Source of the DNA: Trichosphaerium sp. ATCC 40318
Taxonomy: Eukaryota; Protista; Tubulinea
Assembly (NCBI GenBank): GCA_038496445.1
Contig: JALMLS010000577.1
Coordinates: 744,001-808,000 of the forward strand
Length of the DNA stretch: 64,000 bases
Direction of reading: 5' to 3'
Shown here: positions 24,681 to 37,723 of the stretch, piece by piece
Position numbering within the stretch: the first letter of the stretch is position 1
Layout: each line of letters starts with the position of its first letter
Notes under the pieces: model-generated
What the model saw: only the letters and a program-made list of their open reading frames with translations
Database searches by the model: none
What the model was told of the DNA's origin: nothing
Translations under genes and position numbers: made by a program

Positions 24681-26949
24681 GACGTACGTTACTAGAAAAA
24701 CATTTGATTCCTGTGTCGGTTTTACGCCAATTCGAAGGTGTGTAGTCAAGCAAAGAGCAAAAAGAATAGGCCTTGTATTAGTACCAAAATATCTGTTTAA
24801 AGAAGGATCATAGCGTAGTGTGAATAACTCTATGGGATACTACAATTATTTAGTGAACACGTGCTTAAAGTAGTACGGAATATATGTATTTGTAGTAAGC
24901 AGACTACAACAAACACACCTGTGGCGTAAAAGCGTAAAATACTAAAACAAGCCGGGGTAAAAACCCGAGCAAAATGTGATTAACAGTTTTTTTTTCGCTC
25001 TACGCAAAAGACACAGAAAAGTGTTGATTATAAATGAACGTACAACGCGCTGAGGTGGTTGTTCCGGCGTATTTTTTTCTTTGCTTGTTGTAGATGTCGA
25101 TTGCTTCAAATAACAGCTTAGGCTTGGTACATTCAACCTACTTGTAGATATATTTGTAACCATTTTTTGGGTATGACTGGTGATGTGCATCGCAGCTGCG
25201 TGTTTTTTGAATGTAACTTTTAGTTCACTCTTCTATTATAATGGAAATGTTCAACGTGATTCAGCTCAACGGTTTCATTCAAACCGTAAAAGCAGTCATA
25301 ACCAAGTTCACGTGTAGAAATATTAAACACGTGTATTTAAAGTATGTAGAGCTTGGTTTGTAAGGCTCAGAATTTGATTTAAGTTATTTACACCCTTCAC
25401 AGCACACTATCAAAATTGACATCTTCTTCTTGAGTACACCTAGAATTAAGGATACAGTATTTTCTGTTTTTACAAGAAGTAATGAAGTACAAAAAAAAAA
25501 TCCACACAAATGAGAAGTGACGTTTTTTTGTCGCTAGCTCTAACCTTATTTCTCCAATTTATAGTTTCATTCGTACTTAGACCTACGGAGGCAGTCGTTA
25601 CTTGTAAACGGAATAACTAATTGTCCATATCACCACACAAGCCATAAAATGATATGTGATTGTAAAAGCGGCCAAAAAAATATCCGTCGGAGATTTTAGA
25701 CGATGTCAGTTGCTTTAGCTTGGTGTACTAAATGGCAATGCCAACCATCCATGATTTTTCCGTACGTATCATTTTTTGTATAGCCTTACCGTAATCTGTT
25801 AACGGCCCTTAAATCTAACCCCTCCAATAAGTTAAACCCGTTTGTGATGTTTGTGATTGTGTGTTTCGGAAAGTTTCTTTTTGGAGCGGGTTAACCTGAT
25901 TAATATAAGCACCATTTTTGTATAATTTGAATAAAAGGTGTTAAACTAAATCTATTTTCGAAAAGGAAAGTACAATTTTCAGCGTAGTTGGTATGTTAAA
26001 AACTCTAGAAAAAAAGCAAAAAATATTGAGAAGTAAAAGTAACAACCACTAGTGTTCCTAGTTGATGTATATCAAGCAAATAGCGCTACAATAGGTAACC
26101 CGGTTTCTTTCACTAACGCAATTATTTGTCAATGGACAGTGACGATCAAACGCGTGAGTACACCTACAATAACTTATAAATCAGAAGTCTGATCGTAACT
26201 ATTTTTTACTAAAAGAGGTGGACGGGATTGAGATCCGACACGCTTTTCCGTTATTCGTTTTTTCGGAAAATCTGAATATTTGACGTACTATGACGTATTG
26301 TAGCAGCTGAAGTGTTTTAATCGGAGTGGCCTGTTTATCTATCAAAGGTATAAGAAAGTTCGATCACACGTGTTTGATTTTTTTTTTCATGAAAAAATCT
26401 CATTGAGCTTATGGGGTATGTTGCGCTTTCTGTAGGGTACGTTGTTAGCCTTAACCCAAACTCGATTGCCTACGATAAAAAATGAGACTTTCATCTGAAA
26501 CGGCTTGTAAAGCGTCCACACTAAAAGATCGAAAAAAAAATGTTGATTTTGCTCAATAAACGAATCTAAGGTGACGGTTAGGCTACAAAGTAGGGATCTC
26601 GCTAATCTGATTCTGAAAACTGTAAACCAAATTTACCCGGGTAAGGGTAAACCAATTGATCCGAATGGTTTGAAAACCATTTTCGAACTTTAGACGTCTT
26701 AGCTACTAAAAATACTTCAGGCATTAGACAGTGACAAAAGATCAACATTGTAGTAAAACAACTTGTACCAATAAATGCGCTTTAGACTTTAAACCAAACC
26801 CAGGATCAGCTACAATAGCCCATTCTTAGTCTAACAAGTAAAAAGAGTTCAGTATGCAGTTTTTTTAGATGTACCTTGTTACAGGTGTAGCCGCCATGAC
26901 ATAGATTAAGATGAGCGGAAGTAAACAGATCCAAGCTCCGTTGTCTTTT

Positions 26950-27244
26950 GATGTCAATAAAACTTGATAGAGTGGTGATATATAGTAAACAAAGGACAAA
27001 AGAATGACCGGAAAACTAAGAACGTGTCCACCAAACTATGTTCTAGTCTCGGATAGGCGACACCTACGCACCAGGTACCAATGACGCTACTTATTCGTAG
27101 AGCTCAAAAAAAATAATACCTGGCGTGTAGGCGTCGCCTATCCGAGACTAGAACATAGTTTGGTGGACACGTTCTTAGTTTTCCGGTCATTCTTTTGTCC
27201 TTTGTTTACTATATATCACCACTCTATCAAGTTTTATTGACATC
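26950..27244. repeat. Foldback inverted repeat (128-bp arms, 39-bp spacer); MITE-like element or hairpin-RNA locus
   Basis: 26950-27077 is the reverse complement of 27117-27244, with only 3 transition mismatches near the loop. Confidence 0.95.
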
Positions 27245-27551
27245 CATTGAAACTTGAAATAGGTAGTGAACTGGCGACTATTGACACAAAAATAAGGCTG
27301 TTGTCTTGTGCGTGACGATAAAGAAAAAGAGATGGGTGCGTGCAAAACTAGAATAAAAAAATTAGGTTAAAATTGAACACCAATAGAATAAAAACACGTG
27401 CCACGCGTCGCAAAGATAAAATTAACGCTTTTTAAAAGCGTTACTGTATGTACTTAACACATTAGCTTAATAGCTTTAGTAGACAACATTCTTGCCCTCA
27501 CTGTGAAGCGTTATTGTTAAATATCGAAGCTGGCGTTCTAGATACCCTAAA

Positions 27552-28136
27552 ATGAATAAAAAGATGATTACATGTTCCCATAAATACATCAATCTTTTAC
27601 ACCTACCAATGGAGCTTCAACTTGATATAATTGATTTAGATTTTGATTTATATTTAAAATGGTCTGTTCTATCAAAAGGGACAGCAACAACAACAAGGTT
27701 TGACAGCAAGTTAAAAAAACACGGAAAATGGCTTTCACGATCTATTTACTCAGTGAAACAAGACGGCTATACAACAATCATAAAACCACATATTTCTATA
27801 CAAGCGTATTGGAACCATGGTGTTCTGCATGGAGAGTACAAGACATTTTATGGTGATGGTAAAATATGCTCAAGATGTACATATGTTAATGGTATCAAGG
27901 AGGGACAGTACGATAATTGGTACCCGAATGGTCAACTAGAGGGGCAGCGGTACTTTGTTGATGGTAAAGGCGAAGGGGAGTTCAAGGAGTGGCATTTTAA
28001 TGGAGTGTTGAGAACTCAAGGATACGCTATAAAGGGCTTTCGAAATGGAGAGGTCAGTAAATGGAACGACAAAGGTCAGTTGATAGATCATAGTTACTAC
28101 AGGTACAAGAAAAAAAACACGTGTGTTGTCATGTAA
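27552..28136 (+). CDS. Intronless MORN-variant (YwqK-like) repeat protein with F-box-like N-terminus, of giant-virus/bacterial type
   Basis: 194-aa single ORF. Repeats HGEYKTFYGDGKI, EGQYDNWYPNGQL, EGEFKEWHFNGVL, NGEVSKWNDKGQL. N-terminus LLHLPMELQLDII. Confidence 0.85.
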   Translation: MNKKMITCSHKYINLLHLPMELQLDIIDLDFDLYLKWSVLSKGTATTTRFDSKLKKHGKWLSRSIYSVKQDGYTTIIKPHISIQAYWNHGVLHGEYKTFYGDGKICSRCTYVNGIKEGQYDNWYPNGQLEGQRYFVDGKGEGEFKEWHFNGVLRTQGYAIKGFRNGEVSKWNDKGQLIDHSYYRYKKKNTCVVM

Positions 28137-28523
28137 AATAAACGTGGTATCAATGAGAAGTCTTTGTAAACCGATTTTAAAAAAAATGTATGTCATTAAA
28201 CAAATAATTTTTTCGCTACCCTTCACGTGATAGTTTTGGAAAAGGGACGATATTTGTAGTAGCACTTGTTCAAGGTTCATGAACACAAATGACTTGTAAG
28301 GTTGTACACGCTATCTCTTGATATGGCAGCATTGTGGTTGTAAGATCAGAAAGTCGCATACTAAGCCTGTGGCATTTTTAGTAGCTTAATTTCTGGTCCA
28401 TTAAAAGATAGGTTTTATGATTATAACTAAGTGTTTGTGGTTTAAACGTGTACCTAATGTAGGGAAGTCACTTTAGTGAACCTTACTGTCCTTGATGATG
28501 ATCACGTCATCAAGACCCTCCAT

Positions 28524-28576
28524 CTTGCGGCCCTTGCGGCCCAGGTGAACTTGCGGCCTTTGCGGCCCGGGTGAAC
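28524..28576. repeat. GC-rich 26-bp tandem duplication built from TTGCGGCC subunits
   Basis: cttgcggcccttgcggcccaggtgaa followed directly by cttgcggcctttgcggcccgggtgaa. Confidence 0.85.
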
Positions 28577-28716
28577 ATAAAGCTTGTAACTTGAATAAAC
28601 TTAATAAACCTCACAACGTTTATTATTTAACAAGTACAGAGAATCCTGGCCAGGTACATACCTCTTTACACTAAGCGAGAAAGATACCAAAAGTAACCAA
28701 GAAAATAGTGGTTTTA

Positions 28717-28856
28717 TCACTTTTTGGTTCTAGCTCAGTTGGTTGATCGCTGGGCTCTCAACTGTACAATCGATGTATCCACACTCTTTTGTGTACCTCA
28801 ACAGTTTTTGTATTTCGTACGTGATGTTAACAGTAGCTCAATGAGGTGAATGAAAG
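28717..28856 (+). mobile_element. tRNA-Lys-derived dispersed element (SINE-like or Pol III ncRNA), copy 1
   Basis: TAGCTCAGTTGGTTGATCGCTGGGCTCTCAACTGTACAATCGATGTATCCACACTC aligns without gaps to the tRNA-Lys at 50082 and is similar to 60743-60868. Confidence 0.65.
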
Positions 28857-29439
28857 CGCATTTGTTTTGCGCCAAATGTATTTCTTGGCTGGTACCACAA
28901 CATTGTACTAAATGTTTTACCTAGCATAGCAATGTGTACAAACTGAACGCCAACGTAATAAAAAGTAACTTTGATGCACGTGCTCAGTTGCCAAAGCAAT
29001 GAGCAACATAAGCACCAACAACACGTTATGATTTAACAATGGTTTCAATGATACATCAAAAGAGAGTCATGGACTAGATTCTTCCTGGATCCCTGCATTG
29101 GTAATGTATATCATTTGCCATTACGGAGAAGGTGAACAGCTTGGTTAAGTACTTAAGTGATAGCAAGTTAAAAGAATCATTGCAACCTTCTTTAATTTGT
29201 GCAAGTGATTACATACTTTTTTTTAAGTATTGGCGAAATAAACTTTCCCGTACTGTTTATTCAGTAACCTCTTAGCCTCTTTGTAGGGAAATGATAAACT
29301 TTCTAAAGGAAGGTCAAGACGACTTGGAATGCAACAACGGGCTTGTTAATTGCCTGGTGAGGTATGCAGACGAGGAATTGATGACAACTGATGAATTTAT
29401 TCTATGACATTTACCTTCAAAACAACTACTTCACTTAAC

Positions 29440-31719
29440 TTATATTTTAGGTTCGAATAACAAATCACGTGCACAGAATTTAGGTTTTGAAGCAAGATGA
29501 TGTGAGCTACAAAACTCAAGTTCCATTGAATTCGGTTCATTTGTTTCTGTCCATTCGAAGTTTTGTATATACGATGCAACAGCCCTATATACAAGAGATG
29601 TAGCTATTCTCTCTCCAGGACACTGACGTGGGCCTCGCCTAACAACGTACCAATTAGAAAAAAAGTGTTTGACCTTGTTTTTTGTACCCAAAAGGAAGTA
29701 CTTTGTTAGGTACTGGGTTATCCCATCTATCTGGATCAAATTTGAATACGTTTTCCCAACCTGCATTATGACATTCATATTGGTGAAGGAAATATACAAT
29801 TGACTATAGGTATGTAAGCGCAGGTATCAGCGAACAAAACATTGAAAATTAAAGCGAAAAGTTTGATTGTTCAAACTTCTAGCTTAAACTTTGACGATAA
29901 ACCGAAGTTTAAGACGCACATCTTTAGGAACAGTATATCCACCAATTTTGAAATCATCGCTTGCTTTATGGGCAATATAGAGAGGGGCTATTGGTGCTAT
30001 TCTGAACACTTCTTGAACAACGTTTCTAAGATACTGAATATTTTGCAAGTCCTACATCAGGGTTAATATTCGTTTGATGTGTAGTTAAAAATACCTTTAT
30101 TGGAACATTTATAGCATCAATATCACCTATTGCATCTCGTAGCTTTTGTTGCATATCTAAATTTTTAGCCAGAAGAGCGAGTGTGCTATATCAACAGTTA
30201 GTAAAAAAATTCAAACTTTATTTTGTTTAAAAATATAAACTTGTTGGTGTACATTTGAATAGCGTTGGCGCTTGTATCGTATCCTCCCAGTATTAATTCT
30301 TGTATATGAACTATCAATTCCCCGTCGCTGATGGAAGGCCTCTCTCTTAGTATAATATCGATGTAATGACGTGGAGGTTTGGTAGAATCTGAACTGGAAC
30401 GAATTTTTTTAAGTAGTCTTGTTAATTGTTCGTCTCTCGCTGTTGTTTTACCAAGAAGATCGTTAAGCTACAAGAAAAGTTAACAAAGAAAATATAAGTG
30501 TAAAAACTTGGTGGCTTTCAGTCCTTTTACAGGTACAGTCACAACTTGCCAGCTGAAATATGTTTTAGGTCAACAGTTTACTTTCTTTGATGAGTTCAAA
30601 AAGATTTGTGTACGTACACGTGATTTATCAAAGTAAGCAAGGTACGGTAATAAATCTTGTAGGAAAGGCACAGCTATTGCTTCTATAATAACTTGGAAAA
30701 CAGGTAAAAGAGTTGCTAAATCCTTATCAACATGATTATACCCTCTTTCATTAAATAAAACGCCAGTTATCATATTAAATGTAAGGCCCGTTGATATATC
30801 TTCACCGCTTACGAAAGTCTTTGTTGATGCACACTTTTTCACTTGAGTGATTACATCATAAAGTTCGCTTGTGATGATACTGTTAACTCTCTATATTACG
30901 TTAACAAAAACACATGAAATACACGTAGGATATCTTGAGATATAGTAAAGAATGTTCCATTCAACGTACTTGAAAGCCATCACCAGTTGTTATAAATGAT
31001 TTCATAAGAGCTCGGTATTTCTTGTGTGAGTCGGTGTAGTCACAAAAAGCGATACCTAAACCGTATTAATGTCACGTGAACTGTAAAAACCAACCGGCTT
31101 CTGGAGCTGGTAAAACCATTGTTTGCAAACCAATCAATCCATCTGAAGGCCTACATAGTTAATTAACCAAATCACGTGCTCAACGCAGAATTATCAATCC
31201 AGCAATCACAACACAAAGTGTTACCGTTAGAGGACGTTGAGCATGTAGTTCGCTCCATACCTATCCGAAAGAACAGCTCTATGCTTCGTCAAAGCGATGC
31301 TCATAAGATCAGGATCACCAATAAACACTATCTACGCAAGGAGGTTAATTCTAGTACTAAACCGGTTTGAAGGTTTTCTATCTACAATTTCTTCAGTTCA
31401 AGAAAAAACGTCTTTTTCCAACTTAGTTACAGTAAATCGTACTGTTTTTGTTCCAAATTTCATGCTGTAAATACCACCTAACGCCTTAGCGTATTTCATA
31501 GCCGTACTAAGCCATACAAAATTAGAAAGAAATCGATACTTTATTTTAACGGACGTACGTAACCATTTGCTTCGGGTCAGTCCATAAATGAAGGTGACCT
31601 ACGATAGGAAGAATCAACGGAGAAGGTGGGAGATTTCTCGCTTTATGTCTCCAGTTCTTGTAAACGGTCGTTAAAACGAATGCCACTAGAAACAATAGTA
31701 TTGTTACAGCTAAAATCAT
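29440..31719 (-). CDS. Cytochrome P450 (ER-anchored)
   Basis: N-terminal TM followed by LPPSPLILPIVGHLH; I-helix LILGGYDTS; ExxR as QEVFR; PDRW; heme motif GPRQCPG. Confidence 0.93.
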
Positions 31720-31992
31720 CGTTCCTGTGGACGCTAGTTTAAATAAAACTTATACTGATTTGGTATAACTTAAGCCATTTATTATGTGAACTGTTATTTG
31801 GCCAGTTCAATCAAAGTTTATTTTGGGTTCTTCTTTAGGTAACTTTATTGTCAAAACGTTTGTGTTCATTGAGTTTCTTTCTCAGTAGTGTACTTTTTTC
31901 AGCTTTCTATTGCCGTTCAATCAAATAGCACAACCCAATGCGATCATCTTTTTCAGCTTATTTTCCTTAATAAGGTGCAGCACAAACCAATA

Positions 31993-32776
31993 TTAAGCAC
32001 GTGCGAATGCCCGTTTGTACATCAACAGATTCTTCTCTTGCATTTTATTCTTTATCAATGCAATACCATTAGTTTTAAAACTTTGCTCCTCTTTGTACCC
32101 GCAAGGTAACGCTACTATTATTATAAGACGCACACCACTTGAGATAGCTTCACAACAGCAAAATAAAATGGCGTACAACTGTCTCAGAGATCTCTGCGCG
32201 CTACTTTTGTTACACGTGATGCCACTAAATGAAGGTCGGGCTTGAGTTCAATAGCAACAATATGTTTATAGAGTAACTAGGGAACAGTCAAAAGAGTAAA
32301 AGCGCTGGTGGAGTCTAATGGAAATCATACCTCGTCATCTCCTGTAGACAGCAGTACAATGCGGCTGCATTCGCGTACAAGCACAGTTTGGTCATTTCGT
32401 CGCTGTTTCCAGAAGATTTGAACTGCTGATAGCCCGGAAGTCTTTTTTGTTACAGTTTCAACCCATCTAATTGTAGTTTGAGCGTCGTGTTAGTGTTTAG
32501 TGGGAATTACTTGTCTCTGTTTTCAGCTCTACGCAAAAACGGATGGCTAGAGCGTAATCTACTCATAGACTGCGTATGAACGTAGAATTTGAATCCCACT
32601 TTTTCTGTACTGCGCCACCATTTTATAATTAACTCATTACGCATCATTAGCGTGTTTATGAGCGATTGCCAGATATAACAAACCCTTGAAGCTACATTGT
32701 AAAACGATATTGGTAGCTCCTTTATTATTAGCTCCTGTAACTCAACAGGTAAACGAGGCGTTGTATTTACTGCCAT
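31993..32776 (-). CDS. F-box protein
   Basis: RLPVELQELIIKELPISFYNVASRVCYIWQSLI is a typical F-box motif. Downstream exons are spliced. Confidence 0.7.
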
Positions 32777-33112
32777 AGCGTCATAATTATGAGTCACAAC
32801 CGTTAAGTACAAGGCGTGATTATTCTGGCACAAGCAAACTGACTTTTAAGTTTCTTGAGTTTTCACTTCAGCAAGTTTTCATAAAGACAAATTACAACGT
32901 ACGAGTACTATCATTATACCATTAGCAGCACTAGAAGATACGAAGTTTTGTGTTGGTCCTGTGAAACAGGTTCACCTTCAGAAGGTACATTACTTGATGG
33001 ATACAGTCTGGCAAAGGTGTTTGATCAGGTTCTGGCTATTCAGTTTCATCTGCTTTTGAATCCCACATGTACTGTAAACCCTTTCAAAATTTATTGGGTG
33101 CAATACCGATGT

Positions 33113-34884
33113 TTATTTTGGGCAGTCTGGGTTACAATTGATATCTGTGCATGTATCAACATAACGAAGTTGAGAAGATCGTGAAAAGAACCAGTCTCCA
33201 AGAACTGTAGCAAATGTCTTGCCGTTGATATGAATAGAATTAAATAAATCGGTATCTTCAACCTGAATAAAAGGTAAGCAATAAAGAATCACGTGTTTCC
33301 AAGCGACATAATATTGGAATTTAATGAGAAAACGATATTTATGTACGTACTTCATGTTTGTAGCAGTTTGGAGAGAAAACCTGTGTCTGGCTTTTTAACA
33401 ATGTATCCATTGTAATTCTGAACTTTTTAACAAATTCGAGTTGCACTGGGTTGTTCAAGTCATGTATGCCATCAAATCCATTGTTAGCTGCGTCTGTTTG
33501 AAACTCGTGATAGATTGTGTCTTTCAATACAAGTCAGTACGTTGCTAAAGAAAAGAAACCAAGATACCTGTTTTTATAAAAGGATAGGCGTATTGAGCAT
33601 GGAAGCATTTCCATTCTTCTCCTTTATAGTGATCCATACAATCTTGGTTGTAAATAACATGCCAATTGCTCAACAAATCTTGAGCGCACATACGAAATCT
33701 GCCACAAAAAAGTTTTTTAGAGAAGCGAAAAAGAAATATGAAAATTACTAACGTAAATGAAGTGTCGTTGTATGATGGGATATCAAGAAACCATCCAGCA
33801 TCCACAAAGGCTTTATACTTTATACTACTTTGTATAGGTTTAAGCAACTCGTATACATAGTCAGCATTACTAAAACCATGTAAACTTAATGTTGAGTAAC
33901 TCTAAATTCTTGTTTCTTTTTTCCAATCAGAAAAACAAGGTTCTTAATGAACAGTATTGGGTTAGGTGTACCTTATAGTGCCAACTCCACCAGCCGAATC
34001 ACCTGTGAGTAGCACCTTTTTGACAATAAGTTAGGACACTGTTCGGAGGAGAATATTGCGTACTTCGGTTGCTGTTCTAATTGAAGGCGTTTGCACGTTA
34101 AGCAAGTGATTTATCAATGATTTGACAACATCTTTTCCTCTGAAAACCCAACCATCTAACCGTACTTAACGAGATTTTATTGAAAGAGAGAAAAATAAGC
34201 TTATCCACGTGGAAGCGTCGAAAGAAACTTCTACAGATATTTCCCCTTTTGTCCTTTTATCCTGGTACGTACTTGTTTCTGGGGAAGCATTTCTAGTGCC
34301 AGCATGTGAATCCGAAGTGCAGTACCATAGATACACTTGATTTGCGTTGTAAAAATCAGGATTAATTGTAGCATTCGAAGACAAGATTCCACCTACGTTA
34401 GAAGATAGTTTAGCCGCCCAGTACGCTCTAAAAACAATATAATTACTAACCGTGCTTTGATCCTACAATTGTTACAGTGTCATTCATAGTAGGAGCGAGG
34501 AACTTGTTCGACATATATTTTGGTGAATTTTTCCATCTCTGCTTACAACTTTCAACGTCCCAGCACCATCCACCACCTCCATGTGTTTTTAGTTATCGCG
34601 AAAAACGTTCGTTAGTGATTTATACTCACCTTGGAGTCTTATCACCCATCTGTTAGCACCAGAACCAAAGCCTTCACGGAAATAGAAGCTATAGTAGTTA
34701 AACACGTGTATTTAGGATCAACAAGGTTTGATTAGTACCCTGCTGGCGTTCCATCGTTACATGGAGCTTCATCTACTGGAAGATAAGTCAAATGAAGCAA
34801 TCTATCGTCGTAAGGCGATTTTGTCGCATTCACAGTTTGAACAATGACAAAAAAGACACAAAAACTAAGAAATACAGCTTTCAT
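33113..34884 (-). CDS. Pectin acetylesterase/Notum-family secreted hydrolase
   Basis: Signal peptide; APCNDGTPAG, GGGWCWD, NPDFYNANQVYLWYCTSDSHAG, LLTGDSAGG (catalytic Ser), DAGWFLD, WKCF, NCYKHE. Confidence 0.92.
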
Positions 34885-35287
34885 TGTACTTGTGGTTGTT
34901 TTTGACCTATTCTGCCTTAATCACTTATGCAAGACACTTTAAGCTACTTTCGAACACCCCACTCCCTTGTGCTGCTATTCTTTATCATGACAGTCCATTC
35001 ATATTTCTTGTCTTTGGTTGTGTTGATGACAGTATCTTGGCGTGCACAATTTTCCTTGATTAACATCAGTGACGACGAAGGTATAGGATACTAGGTTGGT
35101 GCTTCATCCAAACTGTTGTGTGGTACATAAGAATCCCAAAGCGAACAACACCTTATCCTTTATTATTCTATTTCAGCCTGGAAAGATGTTTACTTATGGA
35201 AAGCAAAACGTTTGTAAACGTATCTCAACATCTTTTTTATTATTTAGACAATACTTTGCTTTGGTTACATTACGCTTTTTTTGGAAC

Positions 35288-37480
35288 TTACTTTTTGTTT
35301 GGGTGAATAAAATGAACGTCCTTCAAGTCTTTCTTGTTGATTAATGCAAAACTTTTATCACTTTTACGTTTTATGCGAGAACAAGAGTACTTTCCATCTT
35401 CATAATGATAAACTGTTTGAGCGAACAAGTCCTTCATAATAGCTACAAGAAAATTTAGAACAAAACTCACAATCACGTGATTGTTTCAGAAAGAAAACAT
35501 TCGTTTCTAGTGAAGAAAAATGTTACCTTCTTTGTTCTTCAAGTCAATATCATTGAACTCATCCGGATCAGGCGTCCCTCCGGCCACAGAAAGAACAATC
35601 TCTGGAGCCTCAAGTGTGAACTCTTCATCGGTATCGCTGATAACTACCTTGACACCTGTACTTTTCGCAACAACTATTGCAACAGCTGTTGCAACTTGTT
35701 TTGAAATAGAGATAGTAACATTATCACTCATATCAACCTACAAAATAAATAGTTAGAACTAAACGTTTTCGAAAAAAAAATTATAACGCACTTGTATAGT
35801 GTCTGCGCTTCCGCTGTTATTTAGTATACAATCTTTACAATGTACTAACTCTACGGCAGCGATTGTACCAACCTAGATATTGTTATTAGCATAGTTAAGG
35901 TACTAACGGAACTCGAGGAATTTCCACATGAAATAAATAAAAAAGTTGAAGTTTTGTTTCGGCTCGGCTTACCAGAGAGATAGTGCAATTTGTACATTTG
36001 TCAACAAGTGTACGAGTTACTTTTTTTGTTAGGTTGACTTTTGTATCTTTACAGTCAAGTATGTTCACAGTTTGTTGCATTTTTCCAGCAAAAGTGCAGT
36101 CTTCGTTCTATAACATATAACAATTAGTTTTTTCTTGTCTGATATCCGGTTGACGTACGTTCTTGTTTTTGATTGTATGTATGCGATTGTACACAGTCAA
36201 AAGGTTCAAAAATCCATCTTGTTTAGCTGCAACATGTGCTTGTTGTATAACTGATTCAGGTAGTTTTGGTTTTAAAGGAGCAAAGCTTGATACTTGTGAG
36301 TACGGCCTGCCTAAAATACTATGTAAGCATGACTGTCGTACACTTTGGATTACGCACCTGCTTGCGCAAAAAGGTTTCTGACTCTGTGACGTATAGATTT
36401 TGGATTATCTGCTGGCTTAACACCTAGAAAGCGGAAACTTAGCCAACTCATACAAAACTAAAAATTGCTGTAAGTTTGCTATCACATACCACGTGCTGTA
36501 AAACTATCACGTGTTTGTAATAGTATGTACATTGATTCCGAACCAAATGCAAAACGGGAATGTGTTGATGGATAAATTGGGCTGAATGTAGTGATGTACC
36601 TTAAAAATCACGTGTTAGAGTAAAAATTAAAAAAGGCAAAAGTAAAACAAGAGAAAGATGGCGTACCACTTGCTACCCATAAAAGTAAAGCCCCAACCTA
36701 TGACTTTAGTGAATCATGTGATACTTCTAGTGTACAAAAAAAAATACACTAAAGTTGTGTAAAGTTACCTGGAGCTTTCATGAGCGCTGTAATATCAAGG
36801 TCTTCACCTTTTTTAGGATCATTTTGCGATAACGCTTTTAGTACACGCCTAAGTGTTTCAAAAGTATTATCTTCGCTATCCCACATTGGTTTATGAGCTA
36901 TACATATAGCGAAGCCATCAAAGTAAGCTGTTCTGCGCATACTAGGGTTTTGATTTAGCAAAAAGTTAAACCGCGTATCGTTGTAGTTTTGTACCGTTTC
37001 TCTGGCGGTTCTTTGCCGTAGTGTTCGAGTTCTTTTGTATGAAACGCAACAAGCCCCGGTATAACCTTTTTAGCTATTTCTTCTTCTAGAGAAGCTGTAG
37101 AGAGGTCCAAATGCTCTTCAGGGAAGAAAACGTTCGCTTTCTTTGCGAAAGGGCATTGTGTACCTGTACAAACAGTTAGTATTGGTTTTAAACCGCAGTA
37201 TACCAACCTTGTCTAATTGGTTCGAAACCTGACTCAATACTTGTCTGTTTACTCTCCATTAGTGTTATTGCTTGTGTTGGTGTGTTTTTTGTCGAAATGC
37301 GGCACTAACAACAGAAGTACTACTTTTAGCAAAATCTGTATGAATTTCATCGAAATTTTTTGGCACGATGGTTTGCTGAATTAGGACTTCAATCAATTCT
37401 ATTGTGCGTCTGAATATCACGCAATACGCGATTATGTACTGCACAAGTTTAAAGCGAACTACAACGAAATTACAGTTCAT
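35288..37480 (-). CDS. Fusion protein: YqcI/YcgG-like domain plus C-CAP/cofactor-C beta-helix
   Basis: In-frame splicing gives QCPFAKKA...FDGF...RRVLKALSQNDP...GWGFTFMGSKWYITTFSPIYPSTHSRFAF...YILLQTRDSF...IRHRVRNLFAQAGRPY, then QTVNILDCKDTKVNL..KVTRTLVDKCTNCTI...IAAVELVHC...TIQVDMSDNVTI. Start uncertain. Confidence 0.7.
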
Positions 37481-37723
37481 ACTTTTACTGTACTTACAAC
37501 CTACACGACATTGTACAAAAGTTGTACCATTTTATGCTACTTGAATTACCATACTGGTATTTTACATCCAGGTGTAAGTACTAGGAGCCACGTTTGGAGT
37601 ACGTAACGAGGCAAACTACGGTCCTAAGCCAAAGGTGGTCCAGTGATTCACTGAATAACAAAGTGACACATTGTGACACTTGATTGACTTACAATAACAC
37701 TGTAAAGGGCAATGAATCATTTG

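Noticed and set aside
20480-26520. Exon-like fragments at 20.5-21.3 kb, 23.1-24.0 kb and 26.0-26.5 kb (similar ones at 15.0-15.7 kb and 62.7-63.1 kb)
   Set aside because: Splice-like signals are present, but I could not assemble a consistent frame or recognise a domain, so they are left unannotated.
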